A program made the position numbers and the translations under genes. This document shows, piece by piece, positions 1 to 8,628 of a stretch of DNA of 64,000 nt (position 1 is its first letter; every line of letters starts with the position of its first letter). The stretch covers positions 7,551 through 71,550 of the forward strand of contig CALXMN010000001.1 of NCBI GenBank assembly GCA_944389495.1. Reading direction: 5' to 3'. The notes below the pieces were generated by a model. That model was not told the origin of the DNA. It saw nothing but the letters and a program-made list of their open reading frames with translations, and ran no database searches. The stretch comes from an uncultured Alphaproteobacteria bacterium. GTDB lineage: Bacteria > Pseudomonadota > Alphaproteobacteria > Rs-D84.

Positions 1-486
1 AAGTCTGTAATTGATGCAACGGCGGCGTCGTTGTTTGCGGAAACGGGCGACAGTGTTGAATACACGGTTGGGTCAATGATTGAATTGCCGCGCGCGGCCG
101 TTTTGGCGGATCAAATTGCGGAAAGTTGCGAATTCTTTGAATTTGGTACAAACGATTTGACCCAGACCACATTGGGAATGTCGCGCGATGACACGGGCAA
201 GATTTTGGATGAATATCGTGCACGTGGAATTTATGTTGCAGATCCATTTGCGTCCGTTGACCAAGAGGGTGTCGGTCTGTTGATCCAGGACGCGGTTGCC
301 AAGGCTCGCAAGACCAAGGGCGATAAAATCCACCTTGGGGTTTGTGGTGAACACGGCGGTGATCCTGCATCGGTTGAATATTTCCATCGTGTTGGATTTG
401 ACTCTGTTTCCTGCAGTCCGTTCCGTGTGCCAATTGCACGCCTTGCGGCGGCCCAGGCGGCGGTCAAATTCCCGCGCAACAAATAA
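1..486 (+). CDS. ppdK: Pyruvate phosphate dikinase, C-terminal part (5' truncated by window)
   Basis: GSMIELPRAA, FGTNDLTQ, GVCGEHGGDP and VSCSPFRVPIARLAAAQ motifs; frame open from base 1. Confidence 0.95.
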   Translation, partial: KSVIDATAASLFAETGDSVEYTVGSMIELPRAAVLADQIAESCEFFEFGTNDLTQTTLGMSRDDTGKILDEYRARGIYVADPFASVDQEGVGLLIQDAVAKARKTKGDKIHLGVCGEHGGDPASVEYFHRVGFDSVSCSPFRVPIARLAAAQAAVKFPRNK

Positions 487-510
487 AAAACGCCCGAAAG
501 GGCGTTTTTT
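485..510. terminator. Bidirectional intrinsic terminator
   Basis: AAAAAACGCCC-GAAA-GGGCGTTTTTT between convergent genes. Confidence 0.85.
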
Positions 511-556
511 CAGATAACAGAGTACAAATGATGCATAAATATCTGTTTTCTGTTAT

Positions 557-1117
557 CTAGAAACTATAGTTGATCGCGATACCAGTAAAATTAAAGCCGC
601 GATTTATTTCTGTAAAGTCGCCATTTGAAAAATGCTGGGTAAACAATTCAATGCGCCAATCATTCCCAATATTTTTCCCGATAAATACGCGTTCCCCGAA
701 TACCAGTCGGCTTTCCACATATCTGTCGCGTGAATCGCGCATATATGGCCCGATACCGATGCCCAGGTAAAATCCACGCCAATCAATTATCGAAACGTCC
801 CACGAAACGCCAATTGCCATAAAGGATAAACCACGGTCGTGCCCATACCCAAGGTTTTGGACAAATGTTAAATTCATACGTGATGGCAATCTGAAAATAC
901 TAAGCGGTTGACTGTACTGCAGCATCAGGTTTGTCATCGGTTCAAATTCCCATAAAAAAGGGTCGACCAGTTTAAATAAAGACCCCGGTCCCGTTCCCTG
1001 GGACACATACAGTGCGATTGAATTTTTATTATTATTTCCAAACATTGGGTTGTACGCATTGTCTGCAAATGCGGGCATTGTAACAATTGCTAAAAATACT
1101 GTGATAAATTTTTTCAT
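557..1117 (-). CDS. Acyloxyacyl hydrolase / PagL-like lipid A deacylase, outer-membrane beta-barrel
   Basis: Signal peptide, C-terminal HFSNG...NRGFN motif (PagL HxSN..N.G.N), terminal Phe. Confidence 0.7.
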   Translation of the reverse strand: MKKFITVFLAIVTMPAFADNAYNPMFGNNNKNSIALYVSQGTGPGSLFKLVDPFLWEFEPMTNLMLQYSQPLSIFRLPSRMNLTFVQNLGYGHDRGLSFMAIGVSWDVSIIDWRGFYLGIGIGPYMRDSRDRYVESRLVFGERVFIGKNIGNDWRIELFTQHFSNGDFTEINRGFNFTGIAINYSF

Positions 1118-1309
1118 AATAAGTTATTATACACGATAAAACATATCGTAACAAATAATAAAAAATTCCGCTTTGTAAATACCCGGTTTTCTTATTTACA
1201 GACCGCACCAAAAATGTTATAATTAAAGAAAACAGATGGGGGTTAATGTATCCAAAACACCATTGAACATCGGGTTTTCCGGTTGTTTCCGGAATACAGG
1301 AGAGTATTT

Positions 1310-3544
1310 ATGAAAAGCCGTAATTTCGCAGAACACGTAAAAAATGCGATGGGGACAGTATTCTTGTTGGCCGGCGCGTTCTTTGTTTGTTCAACATTAT
1401 TATCGATGCGTGCCGTATTTGCCGACCCTATTGCGCCGGCAAATACGGTTCCCACGTCATCTGGGGCGGTGGCGTCACCGCGTGCGTCCGGTACGGTACG
1501 TTCTGCGGCGCGTCCATCTGTTGCCGCATCGCGTGGTACATCATCAAATATTGTGTCACGTGGCACGTCATTGACGTCAAATAATAATTCTGCAACGACT
1601 GCGCGTACGGTGACATCGCGTACCGCTGCATCACGTGCGGCCGTAACGCCGGGGGGCGCGCGTACAAATACCGTGTCCCGTGCAACGAATACATCGGGTG
1701 GTGGTCGGCCGTCTGTAACCGCGTCGCGTAATACGGGTGTGGTAACATCACGCACAAATGCATTGCGCGGAAATACATCACGTAATGTTGTGTCGCGCAC
1801 AACGTCAACAAATGTTGCCAATCCGTCACGTGCGGTTGTGTCACGTACAACAACACCATCGCGTGTTTCCCTCCAGGGCAGTGCCATCCGTGGCAGCAAG
1901 GCCGCCGTTAATTCCAGCACATATACATATCTTCAGAACAGATTGTATACCGGTAACTATTCAAACATAATTGATTCCACCACGGGTCTTATCTCGGCCG
2001 AGGCATATAATAACTGTCTGGAATCATATTATGCCTGTATGGACGAGATTTGTACGGCGCGTAACGCGGCCCAACGTCGTTGTGCCTGTGCCGGTCGTGT
2101 CAAGGCCTTTGCCGAGGCCGAAGACGCACTTGAGCGTGCAAACGAAGAATTAATCAAGGTTTCTGGCGAATTGGCATTATTAATCGCCACCAAGGGCAAA
2201 GATATAAGCGAGGCATTTCAATTAACCGATGCAGAAAAGGTTATGAACTGCGTTTCCTGGAAAGAGGTTACCGATCAATATGGCCAATCTTCGGACGAGG
2301 CCGTTGAATGGTGTAATAACCACGGCATCTATGGAACAAATGGTGGTGCATTATCCACCTGTTCCCAGCCATCGTATTGCTCGGAAAGTGGAAATAATTT
2401 CGGTTTTGATATTACGAATATTGATGGTTCCAGCAGTGATATTTTGGCGTCCCTGCAATCTTGGGCCGATGCCAAAGAACAGACGTTAACAATTCTGACC
2501 GATGATAATGACAGTTTGACATCTGCATTTGATGAATTGACCAGTGTCGTCGGCAGTTTGGCCGGCATAGATGGCGCATTGGCATCGTCGGATGAATTAA
2601 AGGATTCTTTGGCGGAAACGTGGGGTTATGAATTGTTTGAATATGCGCATAATAATGTGTGCAACCGCGTATTAGACTCTTGCTTTAACGGTATATACGA
2701 GGCCTGTGGTACACCGCCCGCCGGTGGCACCAAGTGCGGAAATGGTCGTTCCCAGTGTCCATATAACTATAACAGTTATATATCCGTATCAAACAGCGGT
2801 TCGTATGAATTGGACTTTATTGAACCGAACACGGGCTATACGGCATCTAATTCGGCGACGTGTTTTGGCTATACAACCGCATCGGGTGACCCGTATGCTG
2901 ATTTGCGCGGCCCGGTTGCAGATGCCCGCCGCAGTATTATGCAGAAATACGCATTGGATGCAAATGCAGATTGTGATGCGTATGGCGAACAGTTAAGTGC
3001 CACCGCCCAAAATATTGGATATCAAAAGGTTGCCGCACAACAGGCATTACAACAGAAACGTCTTGAATTCTATCAAGAAGAACAAGAAACTGTTTTGGCC
3101 GATGCAACCGCCGCCGGTACAAACTTTAACGAGTGCCTGAGCGAGATATTAGATTGCTATGAAACCCAGGCGGATTCCGAACCGAACTGGACAACGGCGC
3201 GTATCAAAACATACTGTGCCCAGGTTGCAAATGTTCCGCATTGTTATGAAACGATGATTTGTAACCCGTCCACGTCCCAGTTCCGTGCCATCATCGACGA
3301 ACAAGACAGTGAAACCTGTAACAACAGCCAGGATTACGAAGAAAATACCTGTCGTAATATCGTGACATTGAACGAAATCTTGAATGGTGTTAACGGCGCG
3401 ACGGTAACGGATACAGAAACCGCATTGTGCATTGGCGAAGATGCATCGCGTTGCAGTTCTGCAAATATGCGTGAACAATGTCTGTTGAACAATTGGGTAA
3501 CCGAAATTCGTGAATGGGAAAAACCCAAAGACGATGGTGAATAA
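1310..3544 (+). CDS. Large exported protein with T/S/R/A low-complexity N-region and Cys-rich domain
   Basis: AGGAGA RBS before ATG 1310; hydrophobic leader; repeated VxSR motifs; CLESYYACMDEIC...RRCAC; paralog of 5454-7829. Confidence 0.8.
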   Translation: MKSRNFAEHVKNAMGTVFLLAGAFFVCSTLLSMRAVFADPIAPANTVPTSSGAVASPRASGTVRSAARPSVAASRGTSSNIVSRGTSLTSNNNSATTARTVTSRTAASRAAVTPGGARTNTVSRATNTSGGGRPSVTASRNTGVVTSRTNALRGNTSRNVVSRTTSTNVANPSRAVVSRTTTPSRVSLQGSAIRGSKAAVNSSTYTYLQNRLYTGNYSNIIDSTTGLISAEAYNNCLESYYACMDEICTARNAAQRRCACAGRVKAFAEAEDALERANEELIKVSGELALLIATKGKDISEAFQLTDAEKVMNCVSWKEVTDQYGQSSDEAVEWCNNHGIYGTNGGALSTCSQPSYCSESGNNFGFDITNIDGSSSDILASLQSWADAKEQTLTILTDDNDSLTSAFDELTSVVGSLAGIDGALASSDELKDSLAETWGYELFEYAHNNVCNRVLDSCFNGIYEACGTPPAGGTKCGNGRSQCPYNYNSYISVSNSGSYELDFIEPNTGYTASNSATCFGYTTASGDPYADLRGPVADARRSIMQKYALDANADCDAYGEQLSATAQNIGYQKVAAQQALQQKRLEFYQEEQETVLADATAAGTNFNECLSEILDCYETQADSEPNWTTARIKTYCAQVANVPHCYETMICNPSTSQFRAIIDEQDSETCNNSQDYEENTCRNIVTLNEILNGVNGATVTDTETALCIGEDASRCSSANMREQCLLNNWVTEIREWEKPKDDGE

Positions 3545-3570
3545 AAAACGGGGCAGATGCCCCGTTTTTT
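3543..3570. terminator. Bidirectional intrinsic terminator
   Basis: AAAAAACGGGGCA-GA-TGCCCCGTTTTTT. Confidence 0.85.
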
Positions 3571-3619
3571 ACAAAAATTTAACCGTGTTATGAAAACGTG
3601 CCGAACGCGGGTTATATGC

Positions 3620-3898
3620 TTATTCTAATGGACAGATTTCGGTAAATTCATATGTGCCGGTTGTATCGGTGTATTCTGTGTTCGCCGGTGCGTACATTAT
3701 GCAAAAACCGTCGGGTGCGGTGGTCAGACAACTGGTCACCGTACCACCAGATAGGTAACCCGTCGGACAGGACCAAGGCGCGATAATTGTATCTTTTTCT
3801 TCGGCCTGTATATATCCATTTGGGCACGTGGTCAGTGGTTCGGCCGCAATTGCGGTGCGGAATATCGGTAATATACATAAAAACAAAGATTTTTTCAT
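3620..3898 (-). CDS. Small secreted Cys-rich protein (cassette 1, gene B)
   Basis: AGGAGG RBS; signal-like N-terminus; two CPxGY repeats; CIMYAPANTEY...CPLE shared with 31864-32142. Confidence 0.8.
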   Translation of the reverse strand: MKKSLFLCILPIFRTAIAAEPLTTCPNGYIQAEEKDTIIAPWSCPTGYLSGGTVTSCLTTAPDGFCIMYAPANTEYTDTTGTYEFTEICPLE

Positions 3899-3917
3899 AT
3901 GCATCCTCCTTGTCTGT

Positions 3918-4340
3918 TTAAATAGATTTTATCAGCGAATATCTGAATGGTTGATTTGCTGTTATTTGTTTTGCGCATTCTTCTGCGCATCGGCTGGTAC
4001 AGGAAAGGCTGTTGCTAAATGAAAATGCTTTTACCCAGTTTGACATAACGGGGTGAATTATTTTGCAGTAACAATGCCGATTGTTGTTTTGCGTTGTTGC
4101 ATCGATTTGCAGATGGGTTAGTGCGCCCGAGTTGTCTTCAGAAGAGCATCCTGCAATACCGTCGATAACCGTTTCTTTGTTGTTTGTGTCACAATTGGTG
4201 CGCCAATCATATGCACCTTTAAATACACCGGCACTGCATTTTGTAAGTCCGGAATCCAGTGCCACGCACTTTACAACGGCCGCGGCCGGCGGAATCGCGA
4301 CCACACACAACGCACCTGCGATTAGTAAATATTTTTTCAT
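3918..4340 (-). CDS. Small secreted Cys-rich protein (cassette 1, gene A)
   Basis: GGAGATAAGAAT-ATG; signal peptide; VVKCVAL and CYCK..P..S.W..C...CA..CA scaffold shared with 31411-31848. Confidence 0.85.
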   Translation of the reverse strand: MKKYLLIAGALCVVAIPPAAAVVKCVALDSGLTKCSAGVFKGAYDWRTNCDTNNKETVIDGIAGCSSEDNSGALTHLQIDATTQNNNRHCYCKIIHPVMSNWVKAFSFSNSLSCTSRCAEECAKQITANQPFRYSLIKSI

Positions 4341-4371
4341 ATTCTTATCTCCATTTTCTTTTGTTTTTTAT

Positions 4372-4547
4372 AAAGAAAAACCACCGAATTTTTTAGGTGG
4401 TTGGAGTTTAAGAACAATTGATCGAATTGCGTGGCTTATTCAATATATTCACCACACTCCAACCGCGCGGGTTGGATTTATTTTACGTCCGTATTACCAG
4501 ACGCGATCAATGGGTTCTTAAGCCCAATGTGGAAACACCCCACATCA
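4372..4547 (-). ncRNA. Structured leader RNA, C4-antisense-like element copy 1, ending in an intrinsic terminator
   Basis: Homologous to 31212-31388 and 19140-19296 with compensatory changes; AACCACC/GGTGGTT hairpin plus U-run; upstream TTGATT-16-TATTAT promoter-like sequence. Confidence 0.7.
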
Positions 4548-4733
4548 GTATTTATAATATCATACGCGCGTGGTAAATCAACAGTAAATGTTATTCATAA
4601 TCATTTGTTAATCTTGTTCAAGGCAATGTTTGCAGTAAATTTTATGCAAAACACTTGACTTTTTAACAAAATATGTTACTTTTGTAGAAACTTTTGAACA
4701 AAACGAACAAGAACAATAACAAGAGAAAGACAG

Positions 4734-5033
4734 ATGAGCAACATTGCAATCTTTCAAACCGGCGGCAAACAATATCGCGTAAAGGCGGGCGATTTTGTAA
4801 AGGTTGAACGCCTGAATGCCGAAGGTACGGTCGAATTCGACCAGGTTTTAATGCTGGACGATAAAATTGGCACACCGTTTGTTGACGGTGCGCGCGTTGT
4901 GGCCCAGGTTGTTGAACAAAAACGTGGGGACAAGGTTTTGGTGTTCAAGAAAAAACGCCGTCAAAACTATCGTCGCACACGCGGCCATCGCCAGTATATT
5001 ACGGTTTTAAAAATTACGGAAATCAAGGGTTAA
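4734..5033 (+). CDS. rplU: 50S ribosomal protein L21
   Basis: [12 protein letters not shown]...[16 protein letters not shown]. Confidence 0.98.
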   Translation: MSNIAIFQTGGKQYRVKAGDFVKVERLNAEGTVEFDQVLMLDDKIGTPFVDGARVVAQVVEQKRGDKVLVFKKKRRQNYRRTRGHRQYITVLKITEIKG

Positions 5034-5058
5034 TCCCCGGATATGAAGGAGTTTAATT

Positions 5059-5325
5059 ATGGCACATAAGAAAGCTGGTTCTGCAACCGCCAACGGACGC
5101 GATTCTGCGGGACGTCGTTTGGGTGTTAAAAAATCCGGCGGCAGCCGTGTTATCCCGGGCAACATCATTATTCGCCAGCGTGGTACATCGGTTCATCCCG
5201 GTCTGAACGTTGGTATGGGCAAGGACCACACACTGTTTGCAAAAATTGCGGGCATTGTGAAATTTAAAAAGGGTTTGGGCGACAGAAAGACTGTTTCTGT
5301 TATTCCAGAATCCGAAGCAAAATAA
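5059..5325 (+). CDS. rpmA: 50S ribosomal protein L27
   Basis: [25 protein letters not shown]. Confidence 0.98.
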   Translation: MAHKKAGSATANGRDSAGRRLGVKKSGGSRVIPGNIIIRQRGTSVHPGLNVGMGKDHTLFAKIAGIVKFKKGLGDRKTVSVIPESEAK

Positions 5326-5350
5326 AAAACGCCCCGACGGGGCGTTTTTT
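5324..5350 (+). terminator. Intrinsic terminator after rpmA
   Basis: AAAAAACGCCCC-GAC-GGGGCGTTTTTT. Confidence 0.85.
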
Positions 5351-5453
5351 ATTAGAGAACAAAGTTCAGGAGAAAGTTAGCAGTAACGAGCAACCAGTAA
5401 CATTTTCATCTTTTATGCGGGCGGTTGTTGTGATATAATTACATAATAAAATT

Positions 5454-7829
5454 ATGAGAAGATTGCCCCTGTGCTTTTTCTTGATGGCGGTTTTTATACC
5501 GTTGGTTTTTGCCGACGGTACTGCTTCGGCCATATCACGTGTTATTCCATCTACGGGCGATACAACAAATGGCGCCGCGACCACGTCCGGCGGGCGCGGG
5601 GCCACAAATACGGTTTCGCGCACATCCGTATCACGTGCGACAACTGCGACAACGACGGGTGAACAATCGATTGATGTTTCCGGCCAAGATTCAGAAAATA
5701 CATCTGGGCGTGGGACGTCGGCACGCACGGTCGTCGGGCGCAGTGCAACATCCGGACAATCCAGGTCTGTGACGGACAATTCATCGGTTGTGCGTGTTGG
5801 TTCGCGTGTGTTGAATTTGGGGGACGCGGCCACGCCAACATCAACCGCGCGTGGTTCAACGACAACCGTGAATTCGGGTACATCGCGTGCCGGTGCGACC
5901 CAGACGCATACAAATACTGCGCGTGAAAATTTGGATGCAACGGTTAACACGGTTGGTCGCAACGCTCGTGTGGAAAGTGCAAGTATAAATAATAATCCTG
6001 CGGTTCGTCGGGCTGGGTTGACATTGCGGCCATCCACGGCCGAGGTTGGCGGTCGTGCCACCATTGCGGGCACAGATGTCCAGACTGGATCAAACATCGA
6101 CGAACAGGTTCGTGGTGTTCGCACGCGTGCGGCGTCTGTGACACCAACGGCGGAATCAATTGCCGATGCGACCGAACGGTTAAACCTGACGTCGGATTTA
6201 AATTCTTCGTGCCAGCAACAGTATAATGATTGTATGGACCAGTTTTGTAATGTTATCGATGCAAACCAGGGACGTTGTTCGTGTTCTTCAAACCTGTCGA
6301 ATTACACCGATGTAGAAGAGGCTGTCACCGATGCCAACAACCAATTGAACGAGGTTGCACAACGTATTCGCTATGTCGGATTGTCCGCGGATGAAATTCG
6401 CGCCATTATGAATGAAACCGAGGCAGAAGAGGCTTTATCCGGCGCCAAGGATACATCTGAAACCCGTAATATGTTGGAAGAGATAGAAAATCTTATTCGT
6501 GACCCATCAAGTACGGCGTCATCATATAATTATGGTTCCGGTTTCGGGTTGGATATGGATTTAGATTTTACGACAAATATTGCGGATTTGTTCAGTTTGG
6601 ACTTTTTGAACACCGGCACAACCAGTTTTTCGAACCTGCGTGGAACGGATTTGTATAACGCGGCCAAGAATCGTTGTCGTGTCGTCCTTGACCAGTGCGA
6701 GGCCGCCGGTGCCAACATAGACCAGATTACCGCAAACTATGATTTGGCCGTGGACAAGGATTGTATTGCCTATGAACAGGGGCTGAACAAAATGAATGAA
6801 ACGTTGGTTTCTAATGTGCGCAGTGCGAATTTAATGCTGCAAAAGGCGCGTTTGGCCGTGTTACAGAATAAAAATCAATATGATGCCAAGGGATGTATTG
6901 CCGCGCTGGATCAGTGTATGACGGATGAAATGGTGTGCGGTGCGGATTATACAAAATGCTTGGATCCGACCAAAACGTATATCGATGAAAACGGCGAAGT
7001 CGTATTGGGCCAGGATGTTACCAAAATTCGTGACTTTATGACAAAGTATGACAATTCAAAAATAGACAAAGGATTTTTGCAAAATTCATACAGTATGCCA
7101 ATTGGTGTGAACAATTGCACCGCCGCAGTGGACGATTCGGACGAAGATGATGTTGGTAATAATGGCGCCTGTATTGTAAAATATTTGTTACAGAAAATTG
7201 GTACCAAGCAAGAGGTCACAGACGAAGGTTTGTGTCGTGCTGTTTTGGATAAATGCCAGGCATACACATATGACGACCGTGGAAATTATTTACCATATAA
7301 CGACGTTGTCATAAATTATGTCCAGCGTGCAATGGTTAATATTCAGGCCGAACAACGCCAGATTATATCGGACTATGCATCAAATTGTATGTTGGATATT
7401 GCGAATTGCTATAACCAACAGGTAACCCAGGTTAATGCCTGGTCCACCAGTGCCAGCGTAAACAGCATTTATAACGTTATGCGTGGTGCGTGCCGCAATG
7501 TTGCATTAACGTGCGCATATGCCGTGTTCGATCAAGACAGCACCAGTTGCCCTGCAACCAACGACGATAAGTGCATAGAAAGCATTTCGGAAATGTTTTA
7601 TCAATCATTGTTGTGTCCGGATAATGCGATATATGACGATACGTGTTCAACAACCGATGGCGAATGTGTCAATGAAAAGTGCAGATGTTTGTCTGAGTAT
7701 GAAAAGTGGGGTACCCAATGTTTGGCCAAATGTCCGCCCAATTCAAATCGTAATTCTTATGGTTCGTGCACCTGTCTGTCAGAATATGTAATGAAAAACG
7801 GTGTTTGTGAAAAGATAAACGACAACTAG
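5454..7829 (+). CDS. Large exported protein with low-complexity N-region and Cys-rich domains
   Basis: Signal peptide; T/S/R-rich region; CQQQYNDCMDQFC...GRCSCS; EGF/furin-like Cys-rich tail; paralog of 1310-3544. Confidence 0.8.
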   Translation: MRRLPLCFFLMAVFIPLVFADGTASAISRVIPSTGDTTNGAATTSGGRGATNTVSRTSVSRATTATTTGEQSIDVSGQDSENTSGRGTSARTVVGRSATSGQSRSVTDNSSVVRVGSRVLNLGDAATPTSTARGSTTTVNSGTSRAGATQTHTNTARENLDATVNTVGRNARVESASINNNPAVRRAGLTLRPSTAEVGGRATIAGTDVQTGSNIDEQVRGVRTRAASVTPTAESIADATERLNLTSDLNSSCQQQYNDCMDQFCNVIDANQGRCSCSSNLSNYTDVEEAVTDANNQLNEVAQRIRYVGLSADEIRAIMNETEAEEALSGAKDTSETRNMLEEIENLIRDPSSTASSYNYGSGFGLDMDLDFTTNIADLFSLDFLNTGTTSFSNLRGTDLYNAAKNRCRVVLDQCEAAGANIDQITANYDLAVDKDCIAYEQGLNKMNETLVSNVRSANLMLQKARLAVLQNKNQYDAKGCIAALDQCMTDEMVCGADYTKCLDPTKTYIDENGEVVLGQDVTKIRDFMTKYDNSKIDKGFLQNSYSMPIGVNNCTAAVDDSDEDDVGNNGACIVKYLLQKIGTKQEVTDEGLCRAVLDKCQAYTYDDRGNYLPYNDVVINYVQRAMVNIQAEQRQIISDYASNCMLDIANCYNQQVTQVNAWSTSASVNSIYNVMRGACRNVALTCAYAVFDQDSTSCPATNDDKCIESISEMFYQSLLCPDNAIYDDTCSTTDGECVNEKCRCLSEYEKWGTQCLAKCPPNSNRNSYGSCTCLSEYVMKNGVCEKINDN

Positions 7830-7882
7830 GGCGAATAAAAAACACGGTTTTCCCGTGTTTTTTATTGCATTTTTTAATGTGT

Positions 7883-8569
7883 TTATGCCGTTATTTTTTC
7901 CATAAATGCGTTATGTGCGGCCAATTCATCTGGGTGTGGCCGAAATTCGCGACGTGGAAAATCTGCGCCAATTTTTGGATGTGCCAAAAAAGCGGCGTGT
8001 TGTTTTTCAATTATTTCTGAAACGTCGGGCGCGGGCGCCGTGTTTTCCAGTTCTTTGTACACCTTGGCCAAAATTTCGGCGTCAATTAACGCGCCGTGCG
8101 CATCTGCGCGCGCCGTCAGTGATATTCCATACCATTTGGCCAACGCGTCCAGCGAATAACTTTTGGGGCCAAAAACGCGATTACGCGCAATAACAATGGA
8201 ATCAAATTGTTGGCTGCGCGGAATCTGGGGTAATCCCACCATCTGTAATTCGTGATTTATAAAAGGAAAGTCAAAGTCCAATCCATTGTGCGCGACAATG
8301 GGGCTGTCGCCGATAAAGGCCAAGAACTTTGGTGCGACCGCGGACATTTTCGGTTTGTCTTCCAGAAATGCGTTGGATATTTTATGAACCATATACGAAT
8401 CAGGCGGGATAATTTTCCCATCTGGGTTAATATATTCGTGAAATGTATTATCTGTTATTGTGCCGTCAATCATTTCAACCGCACCGATTTCTATGCATCT
8501 ATCGCCACGCATATATTCCAATCCGGTTGTTTCTATGTCAAAGCAAATAACACGCCCCATTGTCCCCAT
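7883..8569 (-). CDS. dnaQ: DNA polymerase III epsilon subunit
   Basis: DIETTG, EIGAVE, VAHN..FD, HGALIDA DEDDh motifs. Confidence 0.93.
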   Translation of the reverse strand: MGTMGRVICFDIETTGLEYMRGDRCIEIGAVEMIDGTITDNTFHEYINPDGKIIPPDSYMVHKISNAFLEDKPKMSAVAPKFLAFIGDSPIVAHNGLDFDFPFINHELQMVGLPQIPRSQQFDSIVIARNRVFGPKSYSLDALAKWYGISLTARADAHGALIDAEILAKVYKELENTAPAPDVSEIIEKQHAAFLAHPKIGADFPRREFRPHPDELAAHNAFMEKITA

Positions 8570-8628
8570 CCCATAAATATAGTTTTGTAAAGTTATGTTT
8601 TGTGTATTATAATGTGCTGGTGAATTTA

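Noticed and set aside
1243-1920. Long antisense ORFs with RD repeats (also 5366-6124 and 24965-25645)
   Set aside because: They are mirrors of the low-complexity SR-rich regions of real plus-strand genes.
4081-4658. ORFs 4081-4521 and 4431-4658 with apparent homologs at 31143-31511 and 31271-31579 (AYSIYSPHSNR, IAWLIQYIHHTPT)
   Set aside because: The similarity is the antisense shadow of the conserved RNA element and gene A 5' end. Frames are not preserved and changes follow base pairing, not codons.
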